The position numbers and the translations under genes are program-made. From Okamejei kenojei (lineage: Eukaryota), in assembly GCA_035221665.1 (NCBI GenBank), contig CM069154.1, positions 35,836,001 through 35,900,000 on the forward strand: a stretch of DNA of 64,000 bases, given 5' to 3'. The notes under the pieces are model-generated. The model saw only the letters and a program-made list of their open reading frames with translations, made no database searches and was not told the origin of the DNA. Shown here piece after piece: positions 62,811 to 64,000 of this stretch; within the stretch, counting starts at the first letter, position 1, and every line of letters starts with the position of its first letter.

Positions 62811-63555
62811 GACCCAAATTGAAAGCTTGACCCAATTTGCACAATAGTTAAAAAGGCCAATTCCCAATTGAATGCAAACAATGAAAAGGCATTTCCAATC
62901 ATCCAACTTAAAGAATCTAAATTGAAAAAGTTGTTTAACACGTGTTAAGATTCTTTATAGAAGCATTAACAAATTTTGCACTGAGCCGGCAATATCATGG
63001 TACAGACTGTTAGAACTGTGCCTCACAGTTCCAGCAACCCAGGTTCAAATGTGTCGTCTGGTGCATGTTCTATGATTGTGATTTTCTCCAGGTACTCCAA
63101 TTTCTTCCCACATCCTCAAATACGTGTTGGTTGATAGATTAATAAATTGGCCACGGTAAATTGTCCTGGTGTGTAGTGAGTGGTAAAATCTGGGAGAAAT
63201 TGGCGGAACTGGGGGTTTGATAGTTGGCACAGACTTAGTGGGCAAAAGACTAGTTTCCATGCTGTCTCTCTGACAAATGAGCAAAGGAAGACAGGTGCCA
63301 ATAGCTTGATCAACAGTGGGTTTTAGGGCTCCTCTTAAGTGGAAGATTTCTAGAAATGTTTAAGACCTGAGCAACTGCTGAAGGGATGAATAGAATGGTG
63401 GAACAAATGTTGTTTCTCATCATATCATCCAAACTTTATTGATCTAACACGCCCATAGATCAATATTGTTTGTTTCAAGTAAAGAAAAACAAAGTTCTGT
63501 GGGTATCGTACTGTTATGATCCAAATATCCAAAACACAATATTCATTATACTCAC

Positions 63556-63600
63556 ATTGCCCCCTAGTGGTTTCTCCATACATTTCATCGTTTTGTGCAT
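63556..63600 (-). CDS. OARD1: Probable first coding exon of OARD1
   Basis: AATAG| acceptor (exon starts 63605), MHKTMKCMEKPLGGN, phase-0 GTGAGT donor in frame with the next exon; start codon ambiguous among three ATGs. Confidence 0.7.
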
Positions 63601-64000
63601 CAAACCTATTGAAGATAACAAGAATGTAGTTTTAATTATCAAATTGCTTCTTTTCCCATTTCTAGCTAATACTAATGCTGTTTTCCATCAAAGACAGCCT
63701 GACCTTACTGCTCTCAATTCAGAACTCTTCCTTCAAATTATCTTTTCTCCCCAGTTCAGAAAATTAAGAAAATGCTCCATCTTTGATCAAGGTTCTTCAT
63801 TGAAAATTGTATTCTGCAATCGTGTCAAATTTTACATGCTATATAATCCTGCAAAATTCTTTGGCACATTTTACCATGTTAAATGCAATGTACTGATGAT
63901 GCCTTCCATTTATCCTTATCTGGCAAAGGAAAAAATGTTTTAAATAAAAAGCGCCCCCTTCAAAACATTCTTACAATGCTCACTCCTGTGCAAACAATCC

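Noticed and set aside
63876-63919. Possible additional upstream OARD1 exon
   Set aside because: Acceptor is good but the donor is weak and its ATG is out of frame with OARD1; at most 5' UTR
63470-63943. 157-aa plus-strand ORF
   Set aside because: AT-rich, no recognisable domain, non-ATG start, antisense to the OARD1 5' region

Overview
Vertebrate genomic DNA, most likely a cartilaginous fish such as a skate or ray. This is inferred from the dense CR1/HER1-type LINEs, V-domain HE1-type SINEs and Penelope-like relics. Two spliced genes can be reconstructed by hand, convergent as in human 6p21. APOBEC2 is on + (coding exons 31279-31391 and 40530-41064; 215 aa; HAE...PCAAC motif; CArG box upstream). 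OARD1/TARG1 is on - (coding exons 63556-63600, 62178-62331, 60826-60884, 57985-58097, 56916-57126; 193 aa, with an apparent stop-loss 36-aa C-terminal extension). Nearly all other ORFs in the track are retroelement debris or chance frames. The rest is a mosaic of CR1, L2, Rex1/Babar, RTE and Penelope fragments, tRNA-derived SINEs, hAT, Harbinger-like and Tc1 non-autonomous DNA elements, and one assembly gap. The most notable signals are catalytic-RNA-like. First, a ~143-bp TSD-flanked SINE-like retroposon at 5593-5735 (second, damaged copy at 22311-22424) whose first 54 nt fold as a minimal HDV/CPEB3-like ribozyme starting at the element 5' end. Second, about 20 copies of a minimal hammerhead-like core in Penelope terminal repeats. 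Repeat boundaries are approximate unless TSDs or TIRs are quoted.
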